From Takakia lepidozioides (Eukaryota > Plantae > Bryophyta), in contig CM060731.1 of the NCBI GenBank assembly GCA_030704615.1, positions 90,768,001 through 90,832,000 of the forward strand: a stretch of 64,000 nt of DNA, in the 5' to 3' direction. The notes under the pieces are model-generated. The model made no database searches. It saw only the letters and a list, made by a program, of their open reading frames with translations, and was not told the DNA's origin. The position numbers and the translations under genes are program-made. Below are positions 62,493 to 64,000 of the stretch, one piece after another (position 1 is the stretch's first letter; each line of letters begins with the position of its first letter).

Positions 62493-64000
62493 CATGAACT
62501 ATGTAATGTGGTATGTGGATGACCATGATTTGAAATGTGTAATTCACATCAATTCGTCGGCTGTGCAATGATATGGCCTCCAACTATACGGAGTGAGGTC
62601 TGAGTGACAACTTTTAGGTAGTGCACATTTGTCATTGCACCGTTCGAAGTCTACATGTCTTGCTGTCGCTATGCACTACAATCATCTTTTGAAGATGATC
62701 ATAACTCTCATTGTTATTTGAGGAGGGAGGAAGTCTTCTCGTGGCAGCCTTTATGGCGCACACTTTGTGAGGATATTTTGTCGTCTTCGTAATTGTAAAA
62801 GTGAAACAAACATTTGTAATTGCACAATGTTGGATGCTGCAATTGTAGGCCTCAACGCTCGTCTTGATTCTATTTAGGCAAGATTCCCTGCATTAATTCC
62901 ACGGTCATAGGACCATCCACGGTTATAGGCGGCGCATGTTAATGCTGACGTGGCAGTTGACGGACAGTGCCACGTCATCATTTACCGCCACATCAGCATG
63001 CTGACATGACGCTCACGCCACGTCAGCATGTGTGCAGGCTCACGCCACGTCAGCTGGCGTGAGCGTACGCTCACGCCACGTCACTCCTGCGTGAGCGTAC
63101 GCTCGCGCGCTCACGTGCAACGCTCACGCCATTGCGTCGTTGCTTTCTTTGCAAGCTTTAGCATGGACCTCTTGAAGGATGAGGATGGTAAGCTGTAATG
63201 GAATCCTACCTATAGTTTTGGCCTTGTCATGACATCAGGCCTATGACCTGCAATCTGAGTTTTTTTATGTGCCAAAGAGGCTGGATCTCGGTTGTTCAAG
63301 TTGCTTGTGCGTACAAGTCTTGAAGTTGCAATTTGACAGGCTGAATTCACATTCCCTTGACACCTTGTATGATTACATGTCGCGGGATGAGTGCAAATGG
63401 TATGGAATCTATTTCATCATGCCCAAGTAGGATTGCTTGGAGACACGTTTTGATTATGAAAAATTGCAGGCTGGTCCTTATGCCTTGGTTGATGCATGAC
63501 CTGCTGTAATGAAAGGCTGATAAGGTAAGATGTTGCAACCTGTGTGTCATGCCCAAGATGTATGTTTGAAAACGTGTCTTGAAATGGTAATAGGGCAGGC
63601 TGGACCATGGTACCTTGCCCTTTGCATGACCTCAGCATTTTGTGCTCCTTCAATACATGACCTTGCTGGTAAGGCATGTGGGCAGGCTGAACCAAGATGC
63701 CTTGCAGCTTGCATATAGGCGACAATATCTTATCTTGTCCCACACAAGAGCAAACCCCGCCCTCCCTGTTTTGTCTTGGATGATTGGGTGGTATCATTTG
63801 GGATGATTTGACAAGAATGGAAGTGTGAGATAGTGCCCTGTCTAGGGCTGTTTATGTCTTTAATGCTAGAGGAAAACTTAAATCTTTCACGGTCTGTAGA
63901 GGTAAATTCCTGGATGACACCTATTGAGACAGACCTTGCACTTCGAATTGGTGACTTAGGCATGGATATTGTGAACTTGGAGGCCAAACTCAAAGAGTTG

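Larger units (their letters stand above)
51802..63142. mobile_element. Mutator-like family A element, apparently full length (A2, about 11.3 kb)
   Basis: Imperfect TIRs of about 45 bp (cagggatgcctcggcgtgagcctggtcacgtgagcgcgtgagcg versus reverse complement caacgacgcaatggcgtgagcgttgcacgtgagcgcgcgagcg); gctcacgccacgtca subterminal repeats; TSD ambiguous. Confidence 0.82.

Noticed and set aside
63143-64000. Short ORFs at the window end
   Set aside because: No recognisable domain, several stops and truncated context

Overview
Eukaryotic genomic DNA, most likely a non-seed land plant (intron-containing PRMT10, PLS-type PPR fragments, Ty3/gypsy of a type I associate with bryophytes and green algae). 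Apart from the first four exons of PRMT10 (653-3775, minus strand), the window is a nested transposon cluster. A CACTA element is split by a 35.7-kb Ty3/gypsy insertion (9507-45251, 4-bp TSD AACA). The gypsy contains a second CACTA (10681-36044, TSD GGT), which in turn contains a Mutator-like element. The best candidate for an undescribed system is a Mutator-like (MULE/SWIM) transposon present as two diverged families (A: 51802-63142 plus a truncated copy at 4845-8000; B: 14263-26943). Divergent from its transposase it carries one spliced gene predicted to fuse a ParB/Srx-like domain (VWDGNHR) to a prokaryote-type beta-class N4/N6 DNA methyltransferase fold. Each family also has many copies of its own 22-bp palindrome, with a shared core GAAnnTCG-n4-CGAnnTTC, in introns and intergenic DNA, resembling parS or operator arrays. 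The gypsy carries a DNMT3-like C5 methyltransferase and a PHD finger, and has unusual split terminal repeats (A...B-A-B). Other TE-associated cargo includes a SET domain, an FCP1-like HAD phosphatase and PPR fragments. Most TE ORFs are pseudogenised. All domain calls come from motif recognition by eye; no searches were run.
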